From assembly GCA_965203995.1 (NCBI GenBank), contig OZ241962.1:1290311-1354310 (forward strand): DNA of 64,000 bases, given 5' to 3'. The stretch comes from Dehalococcoidia bacterium. GTDB lineage: Bacteria > Chloroflexota > Dehalococcoidia > Bin125. Positions 48,729-58,622 of this stretch are shown one piece after another. The translations under genes and the position numbers were made by a program. Within the stretch, counting starts at the first letter, position 1. Each line of letters opens with the position of its first letter. The notes beneath the pieces were generated by a model, which did not search any database, had not been told where the DNA came from, and worked only from the letters and a program-made list of their open reading frames with translations.

Positions 48729-49754
48729 CTAGAGACAACCGTCGTCGAGCATCCACTCGACCATCTGGATGATGTTCAGTGCCGCGCCCTTGCGCAGGTT
48801 GTCGGCCACGACCCACCAGGCGAGCCCGTTGGGATTGGTCACGTCGACTCGGGCCCGGCCGACCAGGGTGTCGTCGATCCCGTCGGCGTCGAGCGGCGTC
48901 GGCCACTCGCCGGAGGCCCGTCCGTCGATCACGCTCAGTCCTGGCTGAGCAGCCCAGCGGACGTGCGCCTCCTCCGGCGTGATCGGCCGGTCGAAATCGG
49001 CATGCACAGCGATCGCGTGCGCGCGCTCGGTCGGGATGCGCACGCAGGTCGCGGAGAGCGGCAACTCGGGCTGATGCAGAATCTTGCGCGACTCGACCAG
49101 CATCTTCCACTCTTCCTTGGTGTAGCCGTCCTCAAGGAATACGTCGACCTGCGGCAGCGCATTGTTGGCGATCTGCTTGGGATACTCGTTGAACTGGTCC
49201 GCGCCAATCTCGCTGCCGTCCACGATGGCCGCGTTCTGCTCGCGCAACTCAGTCACCGCCGCACCGCCCGAACCGGAAGTCGCCTGGTAAGTATCGGCGA
49301 TCACGCGGGTCACCGAGCGGTCGGTAATCAAGGGATGCAGCGACAGTACCAGCGGCACCGTGGTGCAGTTCGGAGTCGCGATGATCCCGTTGTGTTGGCG
49401 CAGATCTTCGGGATTGACCTCCGGCACGACCAGCGGTACGCCCTCCTGCTGACGGAAGGCCGACGAGTCGTCGAACGCCACCGCGCCCTTCCCGGCCGCG
49501 ACCGGACAGAGTTCCTTCGACGCGGCCGTCGATGCGGAGATGAAGGCGACATCCGCGCCGTCGAAGGCATCGTGCGTCGTTTCGTGGACGATGTGCGTCT
49601 GACCGCGGAAGCTGAGTTCGCGGCCCTCGGAGCGCTTCGTCGCGAGCAGGCGCAGTTCGCCCACCGGGAAGTCCCGCTCCTCCATGCACCTGAGGAATTC
49701 CGCGCCGACCACGCCGGTCGCGCCGACGAGGGCAACGGTCAGTTCACGTCCCAC
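48729..49754 (-). CDS. asd: Aspartate-semialdehyde dehydrogenase Asd
   Basis: N-terminal Rossmann VALVGATGVVG, the active-site Cys region TPNCTT, and the C-terminal dimerisation domain. Length about 340 aa. Confidence 0.92.
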   Translation of the reverse strand: MGRELTVALVGATGVVGAEFLRCMEERDFPVGELRLLATKRSEGRELSFRGQTHIVHETTHDAFDGADVAFISASTAASKELCPVAAGKGAVAFDDSSAFRQQEGVPLVVPEVNPEDLRQHNGIIATPNCTTVPLVLSLHPLITDRSVTRVIADTYQATSGSGGAAVTELREQNAAIVDGSEIGADQFNEYPKQIANNALPQVDVFLEDGYTKEEWKMLVESRKILHQPELPLSATCVRIPTERAHAIAVHADFDRPITPEEAHVRWAAQPGLSVIDGRASGEWPTPLDADGIDDTLVGRARVDVTNPNGLAWWVVADNLRKGAALNIIQMVEWMLDDGCL

Positions 49755-49805
49755 GGTTTCACTCCCTGTTGCTGTCTGTATTCGTGGTCTGTCTGCGGGG
49801 TCGAG

Positions 49806-50600
49806 TCAGTCGGTCCGCAGACCGAGCAGGCGATCCAGCCCGATCACGAGCCGATCCAGCTCTGGCGCGGCGCGCACGGCGCGCAGGATCTCGGGGATGA
49901 ACGATGCGCGGCTCATCGAGTCGTGACGTATCGTCAGCGTCTCGTCGTTACCGCCGAAGACGATCACCTGGTGGGCGACCAGCCCGGGCAGACGCACCGA
50001 ATGCAGCGAGGCCCCGCCCAGCTCGGCGCCGCGTGAGTCGAAGCCCTCGACATTGTGGCGATCCGCCTCGCGCCGAGTGAAGTCCTGTCCCCGCGCTGCG
50101 CGCATCGACTGCGCCGTCGCCACCGCGGTGCCGGAGGGCGCGTCGACCTTGCCGTCGTGGTGTTGCTCGATGATCTCGACCGAGTCGAAGAGCGGTGCGG
50201 CGACGTTGGCGAGATGCATCATCAGCACCGCGCCCAGCGCGAAGTTGGCCGCAATCACGCCGCCCAGGCCAGCCTCGTTGACGCGCCGTTCGGCGTCCGC
50301 GATCACCTCATCCGAGAGACCGCTGGTCCCGATCACCGGTCGCACGCCGGCCTCGACGGCGGCGGGGATCAGCCGCACCGTCCACTCGGCGTTGGAGAAG
50401 TCGATCACGACATCCGGCGACCAATCCCGCAGCGAATCGAGCGAGTTGCCGAGCGGGATCTGCCGGCCCGCAATCTCGACTGAGCCGGCGCTGGAGAGTC
50501 CGTCCAGCGCACCGACCAACTCCAAATCGTCGGTCGCCTCAACGGCGGCCATGATCTGGCGGCCCATGTTGCCGGCGCCGCTCATCACGATGCGAGTCAC
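49806..50600 (-). CDS. dapB: 4-hydroxy-tetrahydrodipicolinate reductase DapB
   Basis: N-terminus IVMSGAGNMGRQI, downstream VIDFSNAEW, and the catalytic domain EIIEQHHDGKVDAPSGTA. Confidence 0.9.
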   Translation of the reverse strand: MTRIVMSGAGNMGRQIMAAVEATDDLELVGALDGLSSAGSVEIAGRQIPLGNSLDSLRDWSPDVVIDFSNAEWTVRLIPAAVEAGVRPVIGTSGLSDEVIADAERRVNEAGLGGVIAANFALGAVLMMHLANVAAPLFDSVEIIEQHHDGKVDAPSGTAVATAQSMRAARGQDFTRREADRHNVEGFDSRGAELGGASLHSVRLPGLVAHQVIVFGGNDETLTIRHDSMSRASFIPEILRAVRAAPELDRLVIGLDRLLGLRTD

Positions 50601-50638
50601 GACTCACCTACTGCACTAGCCGCCAGTCCCCGGCTCGC

Positions 50639-53344
50639 CTAGCGGCTGGGCGCACCGAAGTCGCTGCGCGGCGGAGGCGGGGGCGGAGGCGGGCCGCCCG
50701 ACTCGGGCTGTCCGCGGCGAATGTTGACCCGCGAGAGGATACCCCCGCGGCGGCGCGGCGCGATGTTGGAGTCGGGCTGCCGCTCCTCCTGCTCGCCATC
50801 GCCGCTCGGAGCGTTGTCGGACCTCGGCGGCGAATCTTGCTGGTTGGATGGACCGGACTGGTTCGAACCGCCCGATCCCTGCTGTCCGGTGTTGCGGCGA
50901 CGCCGTCGGCGCCTTCGGCGGGGCGCGCCGTCTCGCGGCGGCGCCACGGCGGCCGAACCGTCGTCACCGGCCTCGGCTGGAGGATCGGTCGGAGCCTCCG
51001 GCTGCGCGGCAACCGGCTCGGCGGCCGCGTCCGGCTGCGCGTCTGCAGGCGGCGACTCAAGCTCGGTAACCGGGGCAAGCTCTGCGGCCGGCTCTGCCTC
51101 GTCCATCTCCGGTTCTGGCTCTCGCGCCACTCGTGGACGCCGCTGACGCGGCTCGCGAGGCTCCCTCGGTTCTCTGGACTCTCGAGCCTCGCGGCGCGGC
51201 GGCCGATCCTCCCGGCTGCGCCGATCACGCGGCTCTCTCGGCTCGCGCGGACCGGAGTCCGCGTCGCCATTGAGCAGCGCCTTGCGCGACGCGTTGACGC
51301 GGCCGAGGTTGTCGACCTCAATCACGATGATCTGCATCTCGTCGCCGACGCTGACCACGTCTTCGACCTTGTCGACGCGGTAGTCAGCGAGCTCGGAGAT
51401 GTGCACCAACGCGTCCTTGCCCGGCACCATCTCGACGAATGCGCCGAAGGGCAAGATTCGGACGACCTTGCCGGTGTAGATCTGGCCCGGCTCGATGTCG
51501 CGAGTCATCGCCGAAATGCGCTCGAACGCCGCCTCTCCCGAGGCCTGGTCAACGGCGGTGATGAACACCGCGCCGTCGTCCTCGACCGAGATGTCGGCGC
51601 CTGTGTCGTCCTGCAGCGCGCGGATGTTGCGCCCGCCGGGTCCGATCAGTTGACCAATCTTGTCCTGCGGCACATCGATTCGCAGGATGCGCGGCGCGTG
51701 CGGCGACATCTGCTCGCGCGGGGCGGCGATGCACTCGGTCATCACGTCCATGATTTCGAGCCTCGCGTCGCGTGCCTGCTCAAGCGCCCGGCTGAGGATG
51801 TCCAGGTCAATTCCCTTGACCTTCATGTCCATCTGCAGCGCCGTCACCCCCTCGCGGGAGCCGGCGACCTTGAAGTCCATGTCGCCGAGGTGGTCTTCCA
51901 TGCCAACGATGTCGGTCAGGATGGCGACCTCGTCCGCTTCCTTGATCAGGCCCATCGCGATACCCGCGATCGGCGTCTTGATCGGCACGCCGGCGTCCAT
52001 CATCGAGAGCACTCCGGCGCAGACCGAGGCCATCGAGGTCGAGCCGTTTGAGGCCAACACTTCGGAGACGATCCGGATTGTGTAGGGGAACTCCTCGAAC
52101 GGCGGCAGGATCGCCGCCATCGCGCGCTCGCCCAGCATGCCGTGGCCGATGCTGCGCCGCGAGGGATTGCCGACCCGACCGGTCTCGCCGGTCGAGAAGG
52201 GCGGGAAGTTGTAGTGGTGCATGAAGCGCTTCGAGTCCTCGGGCGTGAGGTCGTCGAGCCGCTGGGCCATGCCCGAGCCAGCCAGCGTCGTAATGCTCAG
52301 CACCTGCGTCTCGCCGCGCTGGAACAGGCCGGAGCCGTGCGTGCGCGGGACCAGGTCCACCTCGGCCGACAGAGCCCGCACCTCGGTCAGGCTGCGGCCG
52401 TCGGGCCGCACGCCGTCGTTGAGGATGCCGCGCCGGACGATCTGCTTCTCCATCGCGTCGAAGGCGTCGCGGTACGCGTCCGCGTCGGCTTCCTCGTCGA
52501 GCGACTCCAGCAACGCCGCCTTGACCGCCGCCCGGCGCCGATCGCGGTCGGCCTTGTCCTCAGCCTCGCGCAGCGCCGATCGCAGGTCGTCGCCCGCGCG
52601 CGCCTCGACGTCGGCAAGAACCTCGGCGTCCACCGACTCCGACGTGTATTCGCGCTTGACACGCTGAACCTCTGAAGCCAGTGCCTCCTGCATCTCGCAG
52701 ATTGCGGTGATCGCCTCCTGGCCCAAGGCCAGTGCCTCAACCAGCAGCGCCTCCGGCACTTCGCCGGCCTCGGCCTCGACCATCGTGATCGCGTCCTTGG
52801 TGCCGGCGACGACGAGGTTGAGGTCCGACTCCTCGAGCTGAGCAAAGGTCGGCTGCAGCACCAGCTCGTCCTCGACGTGGCCGATCCGCACCGATGCCAC
52901 CGGCCCGTCGAAGGGAATGTCGGAGACACAGAGCGCCGCCGAGGCGGCAATCGTGCCCAGCGTGTCCGGCGGGTTCTCCATGTCGACCGAGAGGATCGTG
53001 ATGATCAACTGCGTATCGTCGTTGTAGCCCTTGGGAAACAGGGGGCGGATCGGTCGGTCGGTCAGACGCGCCGAGAGCACGGCAGTCGTGGTCGGCCGGC
53101 CCTCGCGGCGGAAGAACGAGCCGGGAATCCGGCCGGCGGCGTAGAGTCGCTCCTCGAACTCCACCGAGAGCGGGAAGAAGTCGATCCCGGGCCGCGGCTT
53201 CGACGCCGTGGCGGTGCCCAGCATCATCGTGTCGCCGTAGCGCACGGTGACCGCGCCGCCGGCCTGACTGGCCAGCTTGCCGGTCTCGATCGAAAGTGTG
53301 CGTCCGGCAATCTCGTGCTGGACGGTTCTGGTCGTGATTTCCAT
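50639..53344 (-). CDS. pnp: Polyribonucleotide nucleotidyltransferase (PNPase) with a C-terminal low-complexity extension of about 185 aa
   Basis: Two RNase PH domains, KH and S1 ([19 protein letters not shown]), then a tail rich in REPREPRD repeats, an R8 run and a P9 run, ending at the first in-frame stop. Confidence 0.95.
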   Translation of the reverse strand: MEITTRTVQHEIAGRTLSIETGKLASQAGGAVTVRYGDTMMLGTATASKPRPGIDFFPLSVEFEERLYAAGRIPGSFFRREGRPTTTAVLSARLTDRPIRPLFPKGYNDDTQLIITILSVDMENPPDTLGTIAASAALCVSDIPFDGPVASVRIGHVEDELVLQPTFAQLEESDLNLVVAGTKDAITMVEAEAGEVPEALLVEALALGQEAITAICEMQEALASEVQRVKREYTSESVDAEVLADVEARAGDDLRSALREAEDKADRDRRRAAVKAALLESLDEEADADAYRDAFDAMEKQIVRRGILNDGVRPDGRSLTEVRALSAEVDLVPRTHGSGLFQRGETQVLSITTLAGSGMAQRLDDLTPEDSKRFMHHYNFPPFSTGETGRVGNPSRRSIGHGMLGERAMAAILPPFEEFPYTIRIVSEVLASNGSTSMASVCAGVLSMMDAGVPIKTPIAGIAMGLIKEADEVAILTDIVGMEDHLGDMDFKVAGSREGVTALQMDMKVKGIDLDILSRALEQARDARLEIMDVMTECIAAPREQMSPHAPRILRIDVPQDKIGQLIGPGGRNIRALQDDTGADISVEDDGAVFITAVDQASGEAAFERISAMTRDIEPGQIYTGKVVRILPFGAFVEMVPGKDALVHISELADYRVDKVEDVVSVGDEMQIIVIEVDNLGRVNASRKALLNGDADSGPREPREPRDRRSREDRPPRREARESREPREPREPRQRRPRVAREPEPEMDEAEPAAELAPVTELESPPADAQPDAAAEPVAAQPEAPTDPPAEAGDDGSAAVAPPRDGAPRRRRRRRRRNTGQQGSGGSNQSGPSNQQDSPPRSDNAPSGDGEQEERQPDSNIAPRRRGGILSRVNIRRGQPESGGPPPPPPPPRSDFGAPSR

Positions 53345-53377
53345 GTGTGGGTTGGTTCCTGTGCTTTCTTCTGGCGT

Positions 53378-53395
53378 CCGGCGTCTCGGCGCCGG
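53378..53395 (-). promoter_or_regulatory. GC hairpin in the rpsO-pnp intergenic region (candidate rpsO terminator / RNase III-processed pnp leader stem)
   Basis: CCGGCG tctcgg CGCCGG inverted repeat, about 120 nt downstream of the rpsO stop and about 35 nt upstream of the pnp start. Confidence 0.4.
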
Positions 53396-53517
53396 CTCGG
53401 TTCACGCCTGCTTCAACATCGAGGGTCGGCGGTCGTCGCGGTACCTTCACCGCCGCGACGGGGCGCGGCCCCTAACGATCGTCGTCCGCCTGCGGCGCAT
53501 CGGGCGGACTCGTGGTA

Positions 53518-53784
53518 CTAGCGGCGCAGTCCCAGCTCGTTGACGAGCGTCGAGTAGCGGTTGACGTCCTCGCGGTTGAGATAGCGAAGCTGGCGGCGGC
53601 GTTGCCCGACCAGCTTCATCAGCGCCCGACGCGTGTGGTAGTCGTGCCTGTGCTCGCGCAGATGATCGGTCAACCGCGAGATTCGCTGCGTCAGTTGCGC
53701 AATCTGCACTTCGGGGGACCCGGTGTCCTGCTCGTGCTGCCCGAAGCGGGCCACGATGGCTGATTTCTCTTCCTTGCTCAGCAT
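53518..53784 (-). CDS. rpsO: 30S ribosomal protein S15
   Basis: [69 protein letters not shown]. Length 89 aa from the internal Met. Confidence 0.9.
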   Translation of the reverse strand: MLSKEEKSAIVARFGQHEQDTGSPEVQIAQLTQRISRLTDHLREHRHDYHTRRALMKLVGQRRRQLRYLNREDVNRYSTLVNELGLRR

Positions 53785-53989
53785 GTCTACTCCGCGCCAT
53801 AGGGCGAGTTGGGCGCGACGGGATTGCCGGGGTACGTAATTCGGTGTGCCTGTGTTGGCGTCAAATCGGCGGCTCTCCAAGCCGTCCGTCCCCCGCCGCT
53901 GCGTTGCTGGTACCGTCTCGTTGCCTAGACGTTACCAGACGCACAGTCGCCGGCGTTCGATCCGGGTGGCGTATGCGACACTGCACGCC

Positions 53990-54334
53990 ATGACGGCCCT
54001 GATGCGACACCCAATCATGATCGTCCGCGCGCGGCTCGACCCCACCGTGCTGGACCAGTTCGAGGACTGGCATCGGCAAACCCACTTGCCTCACGTGCTG
54101 GAGATTCCCGGGATCGTGTCCGCCTTCCGCGTGCGCGCCGTCGACCCGATCGCCGGCGCTCACCTGATGGGCTACACGTTCGAGGACGAAACCGTCGTCC
54201 AGGCCGCTCTGTCCTCCGAGCAGGCCCAAGTCGCGCGCCGCGACTGGGACCACTGGGCCGACCAGGTCTACGAACTCTCCGTAGAGATCTACGCGCCCCT
54301 CGCCCCGCTGCCCATCTTCCAACACCAAAACTAG
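53990..54334 (+). CDS. Hypothetical small protein (possible dimeric alpha/beta-barrel fold)
   Basis: ORF with coherent codon usage. Start chosen at the internal Met so that it does not overlap the rpsO promoter region. Confidence 0.35.
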   Translation: MTALMRHPIMIVRARLDPTVLDQFEDWHRQTHLPHVLEIPGIVSAFRVRAVDPIAGAHLMGYTFEDETVVQAALSSEQAQVARRDWDHWADQVYELSVEIYAPLAPLPIFQHQN

Positions 54335-54359
54335 CGCGGGTCTGACCGATCAGGCACGC

Positions 54360-54701
54360 TTACAGGTCCAGCGCAACCTCGTCCTTGATCGCCGTCTTGC
54401 CCTCGGGCAGGGTGAAGAAGTTGCAGAAGCAGGTGCCTTCGAAGTCGACCAGCCCGTTGAGCACCGGCTCGCAGACACAGATCGTGTCGTCGTTGTTGGC
54501 CGGCTGGCAGGGGCAGTAGAACTTGCCGAAGCGCAGACGCATGCTGACGAAGTCCTCGATCGTCTGGTCGGCGTTCATCAGGACGTAACCGCGCTCTTCG
54601 CAGAACTGGTCGGCGAGCTCGGTCATCTCCGCGCGGTACTGGTCGCGCAGCGCACGTTCCTCTTCTTCGGGCAGGTCGGTCAGGCGTTCAAACTCTGCCA
54701 T
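54360..54701 (-). CDS. Ferredoxin-thioredoxin reductase catalytic-subunit-like protein (FTR-like)
   Basis: Cys pattern FYCPCQPANNDDTICVCEPVLNGLVDFEGTCFCNFF = CPC-x10-CxC-x15-CxC, matching the FTR catalytic beta-chain signature (CPC...CHC). Confidence 0.6.
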   Translation of the reverse strand: MAEFERLTDLPEEEERALRDQYRAEMTELADQFCEERGYVLMNADQTIEDFVSMRLRFGKFYCPCQPANNDDTICVCEPVLNGLVDFEGTCFCNFFTLPEGKTAIKDEVALDL

Positions 54702-54738
54702 CGTTCGGTCGCTTCCTTGCTGTGTCGCTGTCTTGAGT

Positions 54739-56235
54739 CTAGGCGGAGGCCTCGGCGCGGGCTGCCGCGAAGCGGACCAGCGATCGCACCGGCACGCCGC
54801 TCGCGCCCTTGACCTGAGTACCGCGCGTCTTCGCGGCGTCGTCGGTGCCGGCCATGTCCAGGTGAGCCCAGGGCGTGTCCCCGGCGAAGCGGGCCAGGAA
54901 CTTGGCCGCCGTGATCGCGCCCGCCAGACGGCCGCCCGTGTTCTTCACATCCGCGACCTGGCTGCGAATCTGCTCGTCGTACTCGTCGAACATCGGCAAC
55001 TGCCAGAACTTCTCCCCGGCGCGTTTGCCTGCCTCGATCACCTCGGCCGCCAGGCCGTCGTCGTTGGCCATCACGCCGGTGGCGACATCGCCCAGGGCAA
55101 CCGCCACCGCGCCGGTCAGCGTCGCCACGTCGATCAGCGGCGAGAGGCCCAGGTGATTCGCATAGGAGAGCGCGTCGGCCAGCACGAGGCGACCTTCCGC
55201 GTCGGTGTTGATCACCTCAATGGTCGCGCCGTTCATCGCGGTCAGCAGGTCGCCCGGCTTGATCGCATTGCCGCCGGGCATGTTCTCCGTGCACGGCGCG
55301 AGCGCGGTCACGTTGATTGGCAGCTTGAGATCGGCGATCGCGCCCATCGAGGCGACGACCGCTGCCGCGCCCGACATGTCCTGCTTCATCGCCTCCATGT
55401 TCGCCGCCGGCTTGATCGAGATGCCGCCCGTATCGAAGGTGATGCCTTTGCCGCAGTAGCCCAGTCCCGGCTCGTCGGCGCCGCCGCGGTGACGCAGGAT
55501 CAGGAACTTGGCCGGTTGGTGCGAGCCCTTGGCCACGCCCAGGAACGAGCCCATGCCCAGCTCGGCCGCAGCAGCCTCGTCCATGATCTCGATCTCGACG
55601 CCGTGCTCGCCGGCCCACGCCTCCGCGCGGCCGGCCAGTTCGGTCGGGGTTAGCAGGTTGGAGGGCTCGTTGGCCAGGTCGCGGGCGAAGTTGGCAGCGC
55701 CAGCGAGCGAGCGGCCCTCAACGATGCCTGCCTCGGCGCCCGCGACGTCGTCGGAGTGCAGCGAGACCCGCGTGAGGTCGTTGGGCGTCTGCTTCGGCGT
55801 GCGGTGGCGGTCGAACCGGTACAGCCCCAGATCCAGGCCCTCGGCGATCGCGCCGGCAATCTCCGCCGTACCCAGATCGCACTGCTCGCCGTCCGCCTCG
55901 ATCGCGAGCGTGCCCGAGGAGAGCGAGCGCGCCTTGCGCGCGCCCGTGGCGGCCGCGTTGCGATACGCGTCCAGGCCCAGTTGTTCGGCAGGGCCGAGAC
56001 CGGCGATCACGACGCGCGGCGCGGCCGTCTTGCCGAACGTGTGGATTACGACCGTCTGATTGACGGCGCCGGTCAACTCGCCCGCTTCGACCAGCGGTGT
56101 CAGGCCGCCGTCGAGCGCGTCGTTCAGCCGCCGCAGCGCGCCGCGCTCCAGGAGGTCGTCGTCCTTGGTCGCGAAGATCAGCAGGTGATCGGCGTCGGCC
56201 TCGAGCGCGGGCTGACCGCTGACGTGGATGTCCAT
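54739..56235 (-). CDS. pepA: Leucyl aminopeptidase (M17) PepA
   Basis: M17 C-terminal catalytic motif NTDAEGRLVLADAL and metal ligands: DMSGAA and the conserved Lys/Asp/Glu positions. Confidence 0.9.
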   Translation of the reverse strand: MDIHVSGQPALEADADHLLIFATKDDDLLERGALRRLNDALDGGLTPLVEAGELTGAVNQTVVIHTFGKTAAPRVVIAGLGPAEQLGLDAYRNAAATGARKARSLSSGTLAIEADGEQCDLGTAEIAGAIAEGLDLGLYRFDRHRTPKQTPNDLTRVSLHSDDVAGAEAGIVEGRSLAGAANFARDLANEPSNLLTPTELAGRAEAWAGEHGVEIEIMDEAAAAELGMGSFLGVAKGSHQPAKFLILRHRGGADEPGLGYCGKGITFDTGGISIKPAANMEAMKQDMSGAAAVVASMGAIADLKLPINVTALAPCTENMPGGNAIKPGDLLTAMNGATIEVINTDAEGRLVLADALSYANHLGLSPLIDVATLTGAVAVALGDVATGVMANDDGLAAEVIEAGKRAGEKFWQLPMFDEYDEQIRSQVADVKNTGGRLAGAITAAKFLARFAGDTPWAHLDMAGTDDAAKTRGTQVKGASGVPVRSLVRFAAARAEASA

Positions 56236-56314
56236 GTCCGTCTCTCAAAACTAGGCGAGCAGGTCGCGTGGCAATCCCGATCATCCTAACGATCCGCCCC
56301 AATACCGTGGCCGA

Positions 56315-57043
56315 ATGCGGGATTTCCTACGCGAACTGGCGGCCGTCGCCGTGGCTGCACTGGTCTACTACGTCGTCCGCGGCGCCGTCTCCGACCGCGC
56401 AGAAGAGGCGTTTCAGCGCGCTCGCGACATCCTCGAGCTCGAGGTCCGGCTGCGGCTCGACTGGGAAACCGCGATCCACGAGGCCATCCTCGGCTCCGAT
56501 CTGCTCATCGACATCGCCAACGGCGCCTACTTCTGGGGCCACATGCCGCTGTTGATCGTCTTCGCCGTCTGGCTCTGGCGTGCCGACCGGCGCGTCTGGC
56601 GGCTGTTCCGCAACGCCCTCCTGATCTCGGCTGCCGCCGGGATGGTCTCCTACTACCTGTTCCCCACCGCGCCGCCGCGGCTGATGCCTGAGCTGGGCTA
56701 CATCGACACGCTCGCCTTGCGCGCCGCGCCCGCCTACCAGGCGCAGGAAGTCGGCCTGTTCGTCAATCCCTACGCCGCCCTGCCCTCGCTGCATGTGGGC
56801 TGGGCGCTGCTGGCCGGGATCGCGCTCTGGCGCGTGTCGACTCGCCCGACCGCTCGGCTCCTGGCGATTGCGATCCCACTCTCCCAGTGCTGGGCCGTGG
56901 TCGCCACGGCGAATCACTGGATGCTCGACGCCGTCGCGGGACTCGCGGTCTGCGCCGCGGCCTGGCTGATCGCCGTCTCGCTGACCAGGATGACTAAGCT
57001 GACCTCGACCCGACTGCCTCGATTCGGAAGGACCCCAAGATGA
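56315..57043 (+). CDS. PAP2-family phosphatase-like integral membrane protein (variant motifs)
   Basis: Six TM helices. PSLHVGW and ANHWMLDAV resemble PAP2 motifs PSGH and SRxxxxxHxxxD, with substitutions. Confidence 0.5.
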   Translation: MRDFLRELAAVAVAALVYYVVRGAVSDRAEEAFQRARDILELEVRLRLDWETAIHEAILGSDLLIDIANGAYFWGHMPLLIVFAVWLWRADRRVWRLFRNALLISAAAGMVSYYLFPTAPPRLMPELGYIDTLALRAAPAYQAQEVGLFVNPYAALPSLHVGWALLAGIALWRVSTRPTARLLAIAIPLSQCWAVVATANHWMLDAVAGLAVCAAAWLIAVSLTRMTKLTSTRLPRFGRTPR

Positions 57044-57354
57044 TGATCGTGACCACGCCCGAAGTCCCCAATCGCGAGATCCACGAGGTCCTGGGCATCG
57101 TCAGCGCCAACAGCGTCCGTTCGCGCAACGTGGGCCGGGACATCATCGCCGGCGTCAAGGGCATGATCGGCGGCGAAGTCCACACCTACACCCGGCTGAT
57201 GACCGAGACCCGCGAGCAGGTCCTGGAGAAGCTTGAAGCCGCCGCCCAGGCCAGAGGAGCCGACGCTGTCGTCGGCGCCCGCATGATGACCTCCGATATC
57301 GGCCAGAACATGGCCGAGGTGTACATGTACGGCACGGCCGTCAGATTGAAGTAG
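57040..57354 (+). CDS. YbjQ/UPF0145-family protein
   Basis: MIVTTPEVPNREIHEVLGIVSANSVRSRNVGRDIIAGVKGMIGGEV...ADAVVGARMMTS shows the typical YbjQ pattern. Overlaps the upstream gene by 4 nt. Confidence 0.75.
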   Translation: MMIVTTPEVPNREIHEVLGIVSANSVRSRNVGRDIIAGVKGMIGGEVHTYTRLMTETREQVLEKLEAAAQARGADAVVGARMMTSDIGQNMAEVYMYGTAVRLK

Positions 57355-57362
57355 GCCCGACC

Positions 57363-58622
57363 CTACTGGCCCGGCCGTTCGCTCCGCACGGGCCACGCCG
57401 GGTGCGCTTGCAATCGCTCCAGGATTGCGACGCCGACGTCGTACTTGTGTAGCAGCGGCAGACGCTCTGCCTCACCCAAGGCGTCGAGCAACACGACCCG
57501 GTTGGTGTCGACCTGGAAGCCGGCGTCGGCCTGGGTCACGTCGTTGGCGGCGATCAAGGCGAGGCCCTTCTTTTCAATCTTCGCCCGCGCGTTTTCGATC
57601 AGGTCGTCGGTCTCGGCAGCGAAACCCACCTTGAGCAGGTGCGGCGCATCGATCGACGCAATCACGTCAGGATTCTCGACCAACTCCAGCGTCATCCCGG
57701 CTTGCTCGGCGTCTTGCTTCTTCAGCTTCGACTCGGCCGCCTCGGCCGGGCGATAGTCGGCCACCGCGGCGGCCATCACCAGCGCGTCCGCGCCGCGCGC
57801 CGCATTCTGGATTGCTTCCTGCATCTCCAGCGCCGTGCCGACCGAGCGCACGACGATGCCGTAGCTGCCCGACGGCGGCGGTTGGGTCGTGATCAGCGTC
57901 ACCGCCGCTCCCCGATCACGGGCCGCCTCGGCCACGGCGACGCCCATCTTGCCACTCGAATGGTTGCCCACGTAGCGCACCGGATCGATCGGCTCCCGCG
58001 TGCCGCCGGCGGTCACGATGATGTGCCGCCCGCGCAACTCGCCGACCGTGCGGCCGATCGCCGATCGCACCGCCGCAGCCAGTTCGACCGGCTCAATCAG
58101 CCGTCCCAGACCGGTACCGCCCGAGGCCAGACGGCCAATCGCGGGCCCGGCAATGAACGCCCCCCGGGCTTTGAGCAGCTCCAGGTTCGCCTGCACCGAG
58201 GGCTGGGCGTACATCACGGAGTCCATCGCCGGCGCAACGACCAACGGCGCGCTCGTGGCCAGCGCGGTCAGGGTGACCGGATTGTCGCCAAGGCCCTGTG
58301 CGAGCTTGGCGATCGTCGTCGCCGAGGCCGGCGCGACCAGCATCGCGTCGGCCCGCCGCCCCATCGCCACGTGCTGCTCGGCCGGCGCGGCCGGATCCCA
58401 GAGGTCGGCTGCGACCTCGCCCTGCACCAGCGAGCGAAACGTGAGCGGCGGAATGAAGCGGGCCGCCGACGGCGTCAGCGCGACATCCACGATCGCCCCT
58501 GCATCCTCCAGCCGGCGCGCCGCCTCAACGCTCTTGTAGGCGGAGATCGAGCCCGTCACCCCCAACGTCACCCGGCGGCCGCGCAGCGGCAGGGGTATTG
58601 GAGCGGCCTGGGCCGCGCTCAC
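57363..58622 (-). CDS. coaBC: Bifunctional phosphopantothenoylcysteine decarboxylase / phosphopantothenate-cysteine ligase CoaBC
   Basis: Flavoprotein domain GVTGSISAYKS...VAPASATTIAKLA and a DFP ligase domain with KMG (GNHSSGKMG). GTG start chosen about 13 aa before the flavoprotein motif. The track ORF has a 233-aa low-complexity N-terminal extension, rejected. Confidence 0.88.
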   Translation of the reverse strand: MSAAQAAPIPLPLRGRRVTLGVTGSISAYKSVEAARRLEDAGAIVDVALTPSAARFIPPLTFRSLVQGEVAADLWDPAAPAEQHVAMGRRADAMLVAPASATTIAKLAQGLGDNPVTLTALATSAPLVVAPAMDSVMYAQPSVQANLELLKARGAFIAGPAIGRLASGGTGLGRLIEPVELAAAVRSAIGRTVGELRGRHIIVTAGGTREPIDPVRYVGNHSSGKMGVAVAEAARDRGAAVTLITTQPPPSGSYGIVVRSVGTALEMQEAIQNAARGADALVMAAAVADYRPAEAAESKLKKQDAEQAGMTLELVENPDVIASIDAPHLLKVGFAAETDDLIENARAKIEKKGLALIAANDVTQADAGFQVDTNRVVLLDALGEAERLPLLHKYDVGVAILERLQAHPAWPVRSERPGQ

